This document shows positions 38,570 through 52,033 of a stretch of 64,000 bases of DNA, in pieces. Position 1 is the first letter of the stretch. Each line of letters starts with the position of its first letter. The notes under the pieces were generated by a model, which saw nothing but the letters and a program-made list of their open reading frames with translations, searched no databases and was not told the DNA's origin. This stretch comes from Podarcis vaucheri. Lineage: Eukaryota. Position numbers and translations under genes: made by a program. Location: assembly GCA_965113315.1 (NCBI GenBank), contig OZ220370.1; one strand, 5' to 3'.

Positions 38570-38811
38570 CAGTGGTACCTCGGGTTACATACGCTTTAGG
38601 TTACATACGCTTCAGGTTACACACTCCACTAAGCCAGAAATAATGCTTCAGGTTAAGAACTTTGCTTCAGGATAAGAACAGAAATCGGGCTCCGGCGGCA
38701 CGGCGGCAGCAGGAAGCCCCATTAGCTAAAGTGGTGTTTCAGGTTAAGAACAGTTTCAGGTTAAGTATGGACCTCCGGAACGATTTAAGTACTTAACCAG
38801 AGGTACCACTG
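38570..38811. mobile_element. 242-bp Tigger-like MITE, copy 4
   Basis: TA|CAGTGGTACCTCGGGTTA...AGAGGTACCACTG|TA. Confidence 0.93.
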
Positions 38812-41800
38812 TATTTATTTGTGCAGGAAGAACATGAAATAGGTACTGCTGCAATGTGATTTCTTACATACTTAACTGTAAGGGTAATGAACAAAATCTA
38901 ATTGTAAATGTAATGAACAATGCAAAAAAAAAAAAACAACAACAACCCCAGCATATAATTTACTGTGCAAGGAGAAAAAAGAGGCTGCTGAATTCCAACT
39001 TTTTCATGTGACATGAAACAAAGGACAAAATTATTTGGTCAACAAACAGGGTGGAATATTGGTGATTTGCACATTCTGATTGGGGAAGCATAATTGATGT
39101 CACCAAAATTACAAAGTGAAGCAGCAAACCATATTACGGTATAGACAAGACATGCTTCCTAACTTCACCCACTACATAAAATGATAATAGAAGTTCCCAA
39201 ACACTTCAGGGACATATTGACAAACTTCATCCTAATCAACCTAGCCTGAAGATGTAAAGATAATAACCAAAGTTAAAATGCATGTCTGGACTCAGCAGAA
39301 TACAGCCCCATGCCCACCCAAACTTCAGTCACAAAGTAGACCAACATGATGCCATTTGTTCAATACAAAAACGCTGGAGGCATTTTCTGATGTCTCCAAA
39401 TCATAATTTTATGGCAGTTAACATTCCCCTCCCACAACACTAGTGAATGGGGATAGTCATTAAGAATGCGAGAGTTTAAGGCAATGAAAGAGAATGGGAG
39501 ATATGGGAATATTGTTTATTTAGGAACAGCCGTCTTGTTCATTGTAGAAGAGAACCAGTGAACAGATGGCTGTAGATCTGAGTGCTATGATGGATCTCAA
39601 AAGATACTGAATTGAGTTTGTTGCAGAATTCTTTAATGTGCAAAACTGCACAAATGTACTCTTATTAATAGAGGATATAACTGCTCAGTAATTATCCGTT
39701 TACATGCAAATTGGAAAACACAAAAGTGGAATTTCTACAAGAAATTCATCCCACTGAAAGGATTGTTCCCTACTTTAGAGTAAATAGCTAATGAGTGTGT
39801 GAGTGTGTGTGCATGTTTTGACTCATTAACTGATTCTTGAAAACTATCCCTGTTTGTTTTCTTAAACATGCCTTTTATTAAACTTCAACCACAAATATTA
39901 ATACATTAAATATATGAAAGCATGATATGCAATAAATAACTATAATAATAGGAGAAAGGAAAAACTAACTACATTGTTTTATATAATAATGATTGGCTGC
40001 ACCGAAAAAATACCTTCCTTTTTTTTCAAAACCTATGAACCCAAAAAAGGACAAGAATGGTAAGGAGCGTTGAATTGGTGATCCAAATGAGAAATCATGT
40101 ACAGGACCAGAAAAGGGGGATGCCTTAACTCATGACTGCATCTGGCAGGAGTGCATTTATATTCTGGGAGAGACTCCACAAATGAGATACAGTATAGGGA
40201 AACTAGGATGCCATGGGTTTCTGTTTAGGTACTGGATTTCTTGCAAAGGACATATTTTGAGTGAGTTTGTACATGATCATGGTCACCCAAATTTTATTTA
40301 GCCATTATTAAGGTGTTATTAAGCCATGGGTAGGCTGATAGGAATTTCCAGTTCCTGTCTGCAAAAAGTTTGTTGCAAACCAAATTGTTGGAAGATATCT
40401 TTATGACTGTAGCAAGAGTCACCTTGCACACACTTGAGGGTTAACATATGCTTACAATAAATTTATTCTCATGCGTAATAAATATTTATTGTCCTTCATG
40501 GGATTTACCTATGAGCACAGGAGTTAATGTTATTATTACTTAATTTATTTACTTAATTTGTAAACTACTTTTCAACTAAAAAAAAAAAAGATTTCTCAAT
40601 AAAGTTTACAAGCCGCATGTCAAAACCACAGAGTAAATATTGCTATAAACAATTAGATGGGCATGTGGGTAAGAAACAAGGTTGTTATCATCGCCACATA
40701 AAAAAATATTATAAGTAAATAGGAACCTAACAAGACAAAATAGGATTTATCTCATTTTGTTAATTTTGTAACCTGCTTGGAATATTTCTTTTATATAAAA
40801 AACCAACCTTGAATTGCAGTGATTGGTGCAGATTCCCTTTAGATCCCAATTTGCATATGGGTAGTGCCACATCCATATGGATTTGTCTAATGCAATTTTA
40901 CAAAATCATCATCACATGAAATGAGAGAGAGTTCATTTTTAATGGGTGCTCAGGAGAGACAATGCACACTATAAAAAGTCTATTTATACTATTATCATTT
41001 ATTTAAGAACTTGAGGATTCTTTCTCTTGGCCAGGTTTTTTACTCGCTTACCTGCCTTATTTTCCCCATTTCCAACTCAGTATCTAATGAAGTTTGTGTC
41101 TATGAAAGTGTCTGGCTGTTTTTAAAAAGTCCCTGGATGCCATCAAATAGTTTTCTTTCTAAACCTTACCATAATCGTTATCTCAATCATTATTGTAAAC
41201 AGAGAAGCAAGAAAATAAGTAGTACATGCATTTCCAGATGTATCAATACGGCTTGCTAACATCCCCTATTTTCATTCAATATTCCATACTTATTTTGGTT
41301 TTGGTCATTATTTATACTCTATACAACAGAAATAACCTGTAGCGATGACTACAATTGAGTGACGCAGCTGGTGCTGCAGAATATGAAATAAGAACACTTG
41401 AAGAGAGTGCAGGTTGGTGGTGCAATTTGGATGTGTCATGTCACAGCAGATTTGTGTAGAACAACAATGCCAGCTAGGCCCTGTAAATGGCTGCATCAAC
41501 CACTACAAAACAAAAACAAAAACCAAAAACAAAAACAAACCAACCACCCCAGCTTTTCTGCATGGATCACACTGTTTTCAGAAAATAAAGTTGCTTTTAA
41601 GTATTTTCTTATGAAGAAAAAAATAATGTGCTGCCCAAATGAAGACAAACTATCAAAAAGTTTTGTGCAATGGGAGGGCAAATGTAGTGTAATATTTCTC
41701 CTAGAAACCTCCCTGCTTATAAGCTTCAACTGGATGAAAGGATGTTGATAAACTGGCATCTCCTCCTAGTCTGACCGAAAACATAAGCCCAGCAGCTAGG

Positions 41801-42379
41801 ATAGACAGAGGAGGGGTTGGCACATGGCATACGCACTAACTATAACACAGAGGCAAAATTTTCCAGATATTCTGAATTAGTGTGCCCTAGAACAGTAGAT
41901 CATGGAATCAGCCATGTATAATCCTAAGTGATTCCAAAGACCTGATGGAAGACGTTTTATGACAAGAAACATGCACTGCAGCACTATCAAATTCAAAAGG
42001 GGAGATAACATTAAACTGAATTCTAAATGGTAGTCAGAACCTAGAACAAGATGTAAATTTTGTTGAATTCATTGGAAACAGTGACCACAATGTTATCAAA
42101 TTTAATGCATATGAACAATTCCTAAGGAAGGACAACATTATTTGACTTCAAAGGATGAACTTATAAAAAAAAATTAGGGGCTTGGTAAAAAGGAAGTTGA
42201 AAGAACAGTCAACTTCCTAGAACATTTGGGAGTTATTGAAAATTGAAACAGATCTAACTCAGCTAGAATGTATAGTCCAGATCAGGACAGTTACCACCAA
42301 ATCCAAGAGGACTGCAACATGGCTAAAGTGATTAAAGAAGGTAATGGAGAGAAAAGGAATAAAGAGTTTTCAAAACTGA

Positions 42380-42910
42380 TGAATTAGCCTTAGGAATAAG
42401 CAGTGAGGTGATCGGCTTTGCTGATGACAACTAATTGTTTGAGGTGGTTAGAACAAAGGATTGCAATGAGCTTCAAAACGAATGTCAAAGACTGCCAGAC
42501 TAGGTGAATGGGCAATAAAAAGTTAAATGTGGTTAATGTAAGTAATTGTAACACATTGGGGCAAAAACATGTACCCTAACTTCACATATACACTGATGCA
42601 GAAGTTTACCAAGAAAGAAATATTTGGTTCGTGGTAGATAGATTCAGAACAGACAAAAGGAAGTATTTATTCAGACTGCACATAATAAAACTATGGATTT
42701 CACTACCATAAGATGTGATGGCAAGCCAGCAACTTACTCAAAGGCTTTAAAAGGGGATTATACAAATTCATGGAGGATAAGATTATCAGTGGCTACTATT
42801 TGCTGGGAAACAGAAGCAGGAGAGAATTATCACCCTACAATCAGGTTGGCCACTGTGGGAAACGAGATGCTAAACTACACTGGCCTTTGATTTCATCTAG
42901 CACAACTCTT
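42380..42910 (+). mobile_element. Decayed CR1 LINE RT and 3' fragment
   Basis: Reads GISSEVIGFADD (FADD at 42417-42428), followed by degenerate CR1 C-terminal and 3' UTR-like sequence. Confidence 0.75.
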
Positions 42911-43062
42911 ATATTTTTAAACAGCGTCTCTCCCCCCCCCCCCCGTTTCTGCATCATTGCTGCTTTGCAAGGAAACTGTTCTTCTCGCAGTACACACACA
43001 CACACATGGTTGTGATAGGGGAAACACCACAGAGCACCATGTGTAGCTTAAAGCTTACTCAC

Positions 43063-43250
43063 TTCATATTCCTCCTTGAATCCATAGCCTTCTGCACATT
43101 TCATCTGCGTAATGTGCTGCAGCAAATCGGCGACACGGATGGCTGGATGGAGTTGTCCTGTTTGGTACGGCACATCCACAGGGTCTCGCTTCTTGTAGGT
43201 GTGTGACTGGACCAAGCTGCTTGTGTCACTGCCCATTGTGTGAGTTTCAT
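43063..43250 (-). CDS. PTPRM: PTPRM exon (188 nt), juxtamembrane/wedge region
   Basis: Reads (D)[62 protein letters not shown]. Acceptor TTTTCCTAG|, donor GAA|GTGAGT; phase 1 to 0. Confidence 0.97.
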
Positions 43251-43999
43251 CTAGGAAAAGAACACTGAATAATATACCAGCTATTTCCAGTTTTCCACAG
43301 AAGTATATGATACATTGCCTTTATGAGATGGCGTCTGACACCAACAGAATTTTCTATCATCACTATTTGGTGGGCTAAACCATAATGAAAATAAACTCAA
43401 CTGAGTAATTTACTTGGGGAGTTATCAAGAGATATTGGAAAGAGGCGGCTCTATTGGTTTACAATGAAAAGCACTGTATAGTCCATACTGTATGTTTGTT
43501 TATTTCGCTGTACTAATAAATTCTTTAGGTGTTTAGTTGTAAATGGTGCAGAAGTTTCAGGCTGAAACTTCATCAAGTCCCAGTAATATAAAAAAGGACT
43601 TGAGTGTTTTCTGGATTAGTAAACTTTTTATTTTCTCTTTCACAGTGATTCAGGACATGTTAGTGAAAGCAAAATTTTTAATGCATAAAATGATATGGGT
43701 TATTAAGCCAGGAGAAAAATGGAAATGTAGATTGGATACAACACTAGGAAAGAAAATACACAAGGATAAATGCAAGGAGTAAGTTTGATTTGGGTTAATG
43801 CTTTGACTGAATTTAGCATGCTGCAGTTTCAAATAAGCAATATATCATGGGCCATCACATAAGGCATGAAATGTTATATGTCAACTGACATGCAAGCCAA
43901 CACACAACATAACCCCAACTAGGTTGGTCAATACTGGTATGAAGCAAACAATCACCCACCCCCTCCACACCTCTTCAATGGGGCAAATGGGCAACTTAC

Positions 44000-44011
44000 C
44001 ATTTATTGGCA
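44000..44011 (-). CDS. PTPRM: PTPRM alternative microexon (12 nt, VPIN)
   Basis: TGCCAATAAATG preceded by a ~35-nt pyrimidine tract and GATAAG|, followed by consensus |GTAAGT; phase 1-1. Joins to give ...PTAILVPINDETH... Confidence 0.88.
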
Positions 44012-45104
44012 CTTATCAGGAGAAAAAGAGGAGGAGGAGAAGAAAAAGGAAACAGGCCATAAGCAACAGTACTGCAGTAATAATTACAGGTATTTTAATG
44101 TTTGTAATTAAGTGTCTTCAGCTTGGTTTCCTAGCAAAGCAACTAAATATAAAGGGTAGTGTAGAATAGCCAATATAATTATCTCTCCCCCACCCCACTT
44201 TACTAGGTTGGGGTGCCACTTTTAAGTTCCTATGTAACAAAAAGAAGAGGGTGGGGGAAACCTAAAACTGAAAACCATGTCTCATCATAGCTCCCCCCCT
44301 CTAAGCAACAATTTTCAAAATATGTTTGTATCTGCCACAAAGCTGTTATTTAAACAAGCCTATCATCTTACTAAGCTAGAGAGTTTCTCACAAAAAAGCA
44401 GGCATATTTCAGCTGGCATGTCCCTATTCAAGTATTAAAATGACAGCCCATTACATCATGTGGCTCCAATGGGGCTAATTGACACCACAGTTTTTATAGG
44501 GCAAATCTCAATATATTGCCTATAAATGTTGTGTGTGCTTAGGCTGCAATCCTGTATCTACTTAACTGGGAGTAAGGCCCACTGAACTCTATGGGACTTA
44601 CTTCTAAGTAAGACATAAACAGATTAGCTCTGTAAGTGTCCTTATAAATACACCTTCATGTGACATCCTACTGCTGGAATTTAACAGCATCTTTCTGTGG
44701 TTCACTATAAAATGACAGGGATTTCCCTGCTTGTGGTTAAACATGTACTCATCCTAATCTTCATTTTAAAATATTTGTACAGATTATAAGGCTGCAGTGC
44801 CAGAATTACATCACTATAATCTTAACATTATATGCATGGTTTGAGATATGGCCTATGAAACAATGATATTGGATTCTACCCTAAGCATTAATTTACTCAT
44901 ATAGCAAGTTTCTGACCAGACTGCAAAAGCCTCTCTCCAGTTATATTGATGACAAGAACAGAACCAAGCTGGCCCACAGGCTCTGATCTCCAGTTAACTC
45001 ACTCAATTAATCTTGCCTAGCAGTTGAGGAGCAAGAGGGGATTAGCTTAGTGAGAATAGCTACTGATGTTAGCAGCATCTTTGGCTCTTCTAGTGTGAAT
45101 GGAC

Positions 45105-45497
45105 ATATGCTAGTGTTCAAGCTTCTTGTCTTCATACACAAAACCCTGAACAACATGGGTCCAGGATACCTTAAGGACTGCCTGTCCCTATAAGGGAGAT
45201 CTTCTGGAGGAGCCCTGCTAGTTGTTGCCTACGTTTAAAAAGTTGGGCATGTAGAGTTGCCGTCTCATGCTGCAGAACGCTCTTCCAGCAGAGATCCGAC
45301 AGGCACCCTCACTTTTTACTTTCAGGCATCTCTTCAAGGCTTTATGCCAAGAGGCCTATGTAGCCACTTACAATTTTTTTGGCTCAACAGTAATCTTAAT
45401 GATACATTTATTCTGTTTTTATATTTTACTGTATACATATTGTGGAAAACCGCTATCCTATGAGAGGGTGGTCTATAAATGCTTTTATAAATAGATA
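45105..45497 (+). mobile_element. L2-like LINE 3' end
   Basis: Reads FKLLVFIHKTLNNMGPGYLKDCL, typical of the L2 ORF2 C-terminus, followed by a T-rich 3' UTR and tail. Confidence 0.7.
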
Positions 45498-48400
45498 AGC
45501 ACCTTCAGCTTTTCCTTCTCGTTCAGAATTCGCAACTGTCACAGCTTGATGGCTTTTCATGGTGCGAATATAACAATGTAGCTAGTTCTTAGTGTCATTA
45601 TTTAGACAGAACACTCTACAATGATGGTAGACTATCAATCTTGATAAAAAGCTTTGTGGGGGATGTGATATGTACCTACAGCTCTGCGCATGGGTAGATA
45701 TTTCTTCCCCTTCCTTCTCTGAGGGCTTCCAGGTGCATGCTTGCTGCAGCATGTGTACAAAAGTGGATTGGGGTGGTGTTGCAGAGGGAAAGCAACGGGC
45801 AAAGGAAACTTTAAGCATCTTTCCAATCCAATGCTCAGCTGCTGAAAACCACTCTCCTTTCCTACTGTTTTATAGTGTTTGACACTGCCCTTGAATTTTC
45901 ACTGCAGGTCTTCTAGTTTTTGCCTATGATAGGAAATGCTCACACTTACTGCCTTGTCACACTCTTCCCTTGTGTAAAAGAGCCCCTCAGTGTGCAAACT
46001 TTTGTACACTCACCAGACCCCATGTAGGAGTTACATTAAAAATAATTAATGTTAATTTTACTAGGGGAAACAGCATATACAAGGATTAGTTGGGATGGTA
46101 TGATTATCATAGTTCTTATTTTATATGTGGCAACAGATAGCTTCACTAATCATATTCTGTAGATATTGACTTGGAGCCTAACTTTCCTTCCATGAACAGA
46201 AAAGAGTTCATGTTCATCGAAAATCTCATTCAGACATACTACAGCACCTCATGAGAGCTGTAGTTCCCAAACTTCTCAATCAGTTCCAGCCCTTTATAAC
46301 ACAGTGGGCTTTGTACCTGAAGCAGATAAGACTCTAACACCTCATAATCCATATAAAGGAAGCAACACAAAAATTACTGAATTGAAATTACTTTGGCCCA
46401 GTTATTTGAATCTTATAGTGAGGCACATAAAAGTAGTCTAATCTTACTCTGAAAACTTAGCAAAGGTCTCAAAGCCTAACAGAAAATAATATATGCAACA
46501 ATTTATTTACATGAACGTAACCATTTTCCCCTTACTCTGGGCCTGCCTTAATATTTTTATACCAATACAGAAAAGCATTGTTCCTCTTAGTTCCTCAAAA
46601 CTGTAATGCAAAGCACCTTGGAATGCATGGCATGAAAGGTGATATATACAAGTGTTGTTACAGTATGTTGTTGTTGAAATGGCACCTGATTACTACAAGG
46701 TGGCTAAGACACAAAACGACAAAGTAAGTAAATAAATAAAAAGAAAGAGTTGGAAGTTGATTTATGATATTTTAAAATAAATTTATGCAGAAAAGTCATG
46801 GGTTTTTTTTGTAACTTTAGCTTTTATTATTATTGTTAGATAAAGGTCAGGATCAAGTCCTTTGATGCAAAACCAGGTTAAGTGCAACTTTGCAGACATG
46901 CTACGTGTTCATATGTTTTTGTGTCAAATGGAACCAGAGTATAGTGAAGTTATTTCTGCTAGCTGCCTATCCATTTTTTTAGCATTAGTATTATTATTTT
47001 CATAAGTAAATAATTTTACAAGGGTCTTTGAAATGATGACTTTTTTTATCCAGTCTGCTTTTACTAAGTGTACTAGACTTTCAGGTTATTGTTTTTCGTT
47101 AGAAACAGGATTTGCTGTGGTACACCTTAAAACTGGGTTGCCAAAATATGTAACATAGCTGAAGGCTTTCTGGTCTAAAAATGTTTTGTAACATTTCAAC
47201 AAGTAATCGTGGTTTATGAATTGCTCCCCAAGCCCTTAAATACTGAGAGTTTCAGAATAAAGTAGTTATACATAGGAGATATTATAAGCCCTACTTATTG
47301 TTTTCCATTTCCAAGGCATAGTATTTTTTAATGGGTAGTTATTCTAATGTTATTTTACATTTCATTTCCATTTGAATTACATCTCGTGTTATATCTCGTG
47401 TTACATTAATTGTAAGGAAATGTGGCTTCTCTGATCTGGTCTGTGTCAAATATATTTGCCAAAACTCACTGCTGTATAAAAATACATGGAACATGATGCA
47501 ACCAAGTCCTTTAGAATTAACTGGACTTATCAGTGATTTACTTTGGTTAGACTATGCCCGTTGTAGGATCACAAAGAGCTTTTTAATATGAAAGTTACTC
47601 CGCATGTCATAATTTAATGAACATGAAAAATCCAGCTCCCTGGTAGGTCATGAATAAACATTTTGATTTGTTCAGATGGACCCAACTTGGCTGTCACTTT
47701 CTGTTTTAGACAAAAATGTATGTAGTGTGGAAGGACTGCTACTACAGGCAGAAGTCTAAATGTATCCAGGAAGTGGAGAAAAGATAAAACAGAATTTGTA
47801 ATGCTAGTTCAGATTTTCAGACAGTAAATCAGGGAGAAAGGGCACAATCCTAATCCTACATACACCACAATGAATAATTTGGGATGTGGCGAACCTTCAG
47901 CTCATCGAGCAGGTTCCTGGCTCTGTTGAGCTCAGCTGGCTTAAGCATCTAACCAGAGTTATGCTCTGCAGGAGATACGCTGGTGTAACTCCCTCAGACT
48001 GATAGAACTTTCACTGGCATAAGCCTTGAAAAATGGGTATTCTGAGGGAATGGGGCGAGTGGAAGGGATGGGATGAGACTCACGTTGGATCCTAACTCTG
48101 TTCAGCTCCATCACGTAACCTGACAACCTGGTGGGACATACACTGGCAAAGAGGGTGGTGTAAGTCAAACTATATTGGAGGCTTATTTCCCCTCTGCCAG
48201 GTTTAGGCCAGCTCAGCCAGCAATAACTCCTGAATGGAGTTAGGATCTGTGTATTTTACTTGGGTTTCACTTAAGTCAGCATAAATTATGCTGGCTTCCC
48301 ATTCTTAGGCTTGCTCCTTAAGTGATATTTACTCTTTGATCAGGAGTGGATAACAGTGTGGGGGTTGTGGTTCCTAAATGTTTGGCAAGCAGTGCTCTGC

Positions 48401-51400
48401 TGATATACAGAACTCTATTCACTTTGCAGTATAAAAGCTATAATTAAGCAAGCTATTTCTGCACATGCATGTGGGGCTTTTCTGTTTCTTGCTAATGTAA
48501 CTGGAAGGAATTCACAGGGCTCTGTCTGAGAGTTGCTTCACACAAATCTTTCAATGAAAGAGAGCTGCTGGACACATCCAACTTGTTCTTAAATCCATTT
48601 CCTTTCGTTTGTGACAAGCTGGTTGTACGCATACATCACCATGAACTCAATTTGGTTTTCAAGATAACACTGCTAAACTATATCTACAGTGGCTTCCAAA
48701 TTCACCACAATGTGGCAAATTCACAGAATGAACTGTAATGTCCTAATGTTGGAGGAATTTCAGTAGGCTTCACACACCTTGTGTCAAATTGGCTACGCGG
48801 ATGGGCAATGGGTTTGTTGTAATCCACAGTCCTGCATGCACATAAAGTTCACATTAGGGCTGGTCAGTCATGATGCTAAACCCTGTCAACTTTTCCCTTT
48901 TCTTGCGAGGAATCCTATTCAGAATAAGGGAATTTCCCTTTTAAAAAGGGAAACATTGACAGCTATGTGCTAAACCATGTTTCTCCCATGGTTCTGCTAA
49001 CAATTATTGTGTATTATATGCATTATTATGTGTGTAAGATTATACACATAAACACTATACACAAAAATAGATGCTCCACCAATGAGAGAACAAACTCATG
49101 GAGCAAGTTCTGAAAGCTGCTGCTACAGTAGCAGTCAGCAGAGGACTGAAGGGGAAGGTGTATGCTTCTCTTAACTGTAGCACCTCCTCTTTGGTTAAAG
49201 AGCACTAAAAGGTTCCATGCAAATCCATTCATCCAATTGTGGGACTTTCCAGAGATCACAAAGAAGATATGCAAACCATATGTGGCCTGTTTGGAGAAAA
49301 CAACAAACTGCTTTGTTGAGAAGATAAGCAAGGATTCAAAGTTGCTAATTGAGCAGAGGGGAGAAGGCTACATGAACCCCTAACTTGTGCCTCCGCATTC
49401 TCGTAACACCAAACCATGGTTAGGTCTGAAAATATCCAGTATGAGCCCCATGTGCATGAGAGCCATGGATTACAATCAATGCCCATATCAAAGAGCTGCT
49501 TCAGATGTTGTTTTTAAATCATAGTCATTATTTTAAGACATTAAAGTGTGTGTTAGACAGCAAATTGACACAAGTGTTAAAAAATGGCAAGGGTATGGGT
49601 CACTGGCAACAAAAAGAACTTTTTTGGTATACAATATACCAATTAAAAATGAAACAATTTTTCTACAGGGAAGTTCATAAATAGCGATTTTTAAGGTTAC
49701 TAGAAAATTTCACGGTTCCTGATTCAATGAGGAAAAATGCCTCTAAATTTGCATCTTTGTTAAAAAGAAAAGCAACCCTTAATTGCTAAGGTTATATTCT
49801 TAATTGTTTTTCTTATATTAAGCAAATAACATTTCAAAACTTTACTGTACAGGAATGTACTTAAATATATCAAACAGTAAAGCATATTAGAAATCTACAA
49901 AATTTAATAGCAATGATTTCCTTTTTGTCCACTGAGACTGTCATACGTCAGAGCTAAGAGATGTGCAATGCTCTCAGGCTGTTAAAAATCACTGCAAATT
50001 TCATTTGCATGGATGTTATTACATTATTATGGTGGCTGCAGTGTCATTTCCTCTGATTTATCAGATATTGTTTTCTTTGTATGTCAGATAAAATGAACTT
50101 TGCTAATTATATTTCTGTGGTAATTATTCTCTTGCATTATTTTTTTCCCTGAGGGATAGGGCACAAATTAACTCTTGAGAATTTAACACCACGGCCATAA
50201 AACAGGTAACTGGCCTAAAAGGGCTTTTTTAACTTTGTTTTTCTGAGAGCAACTCTCCTTTCTCCCATCACACAACAAATCACTTTTGAATCTTAGTATT
50301 TTCAAAAACAGCTTATGATGCAACATGGCATGTTCCCCTTGAAAACTATTTTTTAAAGTCCGCTAGAATTATTTTAGGTGCACACATGTTCTAGTGATGA
50401 TCTGAAGGTGCTTTCTGCATTGCAGCCCATGTGCAGTTCAGTTCAGAAAATTCAGATTGAGGAATTCACACCAGACTTCACATGGCAATGCTGCACACTA
50501 GTAAGAACTTACGAGAGAAAGAAGGTGCATGGGTGTGGATGTAGAAAGAGTTAAAAAATCATTGCAAAGTCAGTGTGAAAAGAAGAACTGAAATATTGGT
50601 ATGAAACTCTTGCCACAGCGCATTATAGCACAATCCTATTATACATGTCTACTCAAAAGCAAGCCCTACTGAGTTCAGCAGGACTTACTTGAAGGTAAGT
50701 GTGTACATGATTGCAGCCTTATTAAATTTGCATTTTTGTTTGATTGTTTTTAAGAAAGCTGTGTGTAAATTGGGTTAGGTTAAGGTTAGTACAGTGGTAG
50801 TAGTTAAAAGCATAGCTCAGCTTTGTTGTTATATATTCCAGATACGATGATTTTTCATCTATATTTGTTATCTCAGCATGGTAAATCCATTTCCCTTCAC
50901 TTTTTAATGGTTGTTTTTAGCTTCCTGACAGAAAGGTCTAAGTGCCTTTCCTTCTATAGTGCTGGTATCTTATTTTATGCCTTGTAGGATTTGGCACTTC
51001 ATAAACATTATTTTAATGTTCTGCCATTTTGATGGTCACAATAACATTTCAAGTCTTTCGGAGGCATGTTGAAAAGAAAATGAAAGTCCTGTCTGTGCTA
51101 TAGGCAGCAGAGAGATGACCATCTTTTTCTTAAACCATACTTTATTTTTCAGATGATACTAAAATAATGACAAACCTTTAATTGCCATGATATTTACACT
51201 CTTTGGTGATATGCTAATTCATTGCTTAAAAACGCACTCCCCCCCATCCCCTTTAATTCCCCCCTCCCTTTTACTGAATTTTCTGATGACAATAAGAATC
51301 CAGTATGTTAACTGGCACTTGAATTAAAAATGCAGAACAGCTTGCATATTCTTCAGCAGCATAAGACAATGTTTTGTAGCCTAGTTTGGAACTTTTTTTT

Positions 51401-51440
51401 TTAATCTTCAACAGATGTTGATAAAGGGAAATGTTCTCAC

Positions 51441-51467
51441 CTAAAATTGCAGTTGGCACAAATGGAT
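51441..51467 (-). CDS. PTPRM: PTPRM alternative microexon (27 nt, DPFVPTAIL)
   Basis: ATCCATTTGTGCCAACTGCAATTTTAG between GACAG| and |GTGAGA; phase 1-1. Peptide matches my recollection of the long PTPRM isoform insert. Confidence 0.92.
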   Translation of the reverse strand: MHLCQLQF

Positions 51468-51958
51468 CTGTCATACATCATAAGCAGGTCAATGCAGAAA
51501 AGGCAAAAAGAGAAAGAGAAGTAAATGACCTATAAATGTTCCCAAATTTTCTGCTAGAAAGCCACAAATAAGCAAGTTGTTATAACATGCAAAGCTATTT
51601 AGTGCTTTTTGCGTTTGTTTTGTTTTAATTAACAGCACAACCTCAAGAATAATTTCACTGTTAAGTCTGGGGCATGATCCATTCCTGAGTGGGTGGGTCT
51701 TTTGAGCAGGCTAAAATCAGTAACCAACCAGGTTCCTGAAGGAGAGTAATGGCTGGATGATGTAAGAGAGGCATGTCCCAGCTTTTTATTCTGTGTAGGG
51801 GTCAGAGGTGGCCTTGGGGTGCGGTGAGAAAAGAGGGATCTATTGAGCCCTCTATTGATCCCTTTCAAGATGTGTGCAAGTGTGCTTGCATGGGGAAAGA
51901 CCCTCTATTTCCTAGGAGATTATGATTATTGAAATAAAACAAGCACAGAAATGGTTAC

Positions 51959-52033
51959 CTGGGTAGTAAGAATTAGGAACTGTTGTACTCAGTGTGTTTG
52001 TTTTCATTGTAAATGAAGATGGTGAGGATACAG
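51959..52033 (-). CDS. PTPRM: PTPRM exon (75 nt), juxtamembrane
   Basis: Reads (S)VSSPSSFTMKTNTLSTTVPNSYYP. Acceptor TTTCCAG|CT, donor CCAG|GTAACC; symmetric phase 1-1. Not in the ORF track. Confidence 0.96.
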
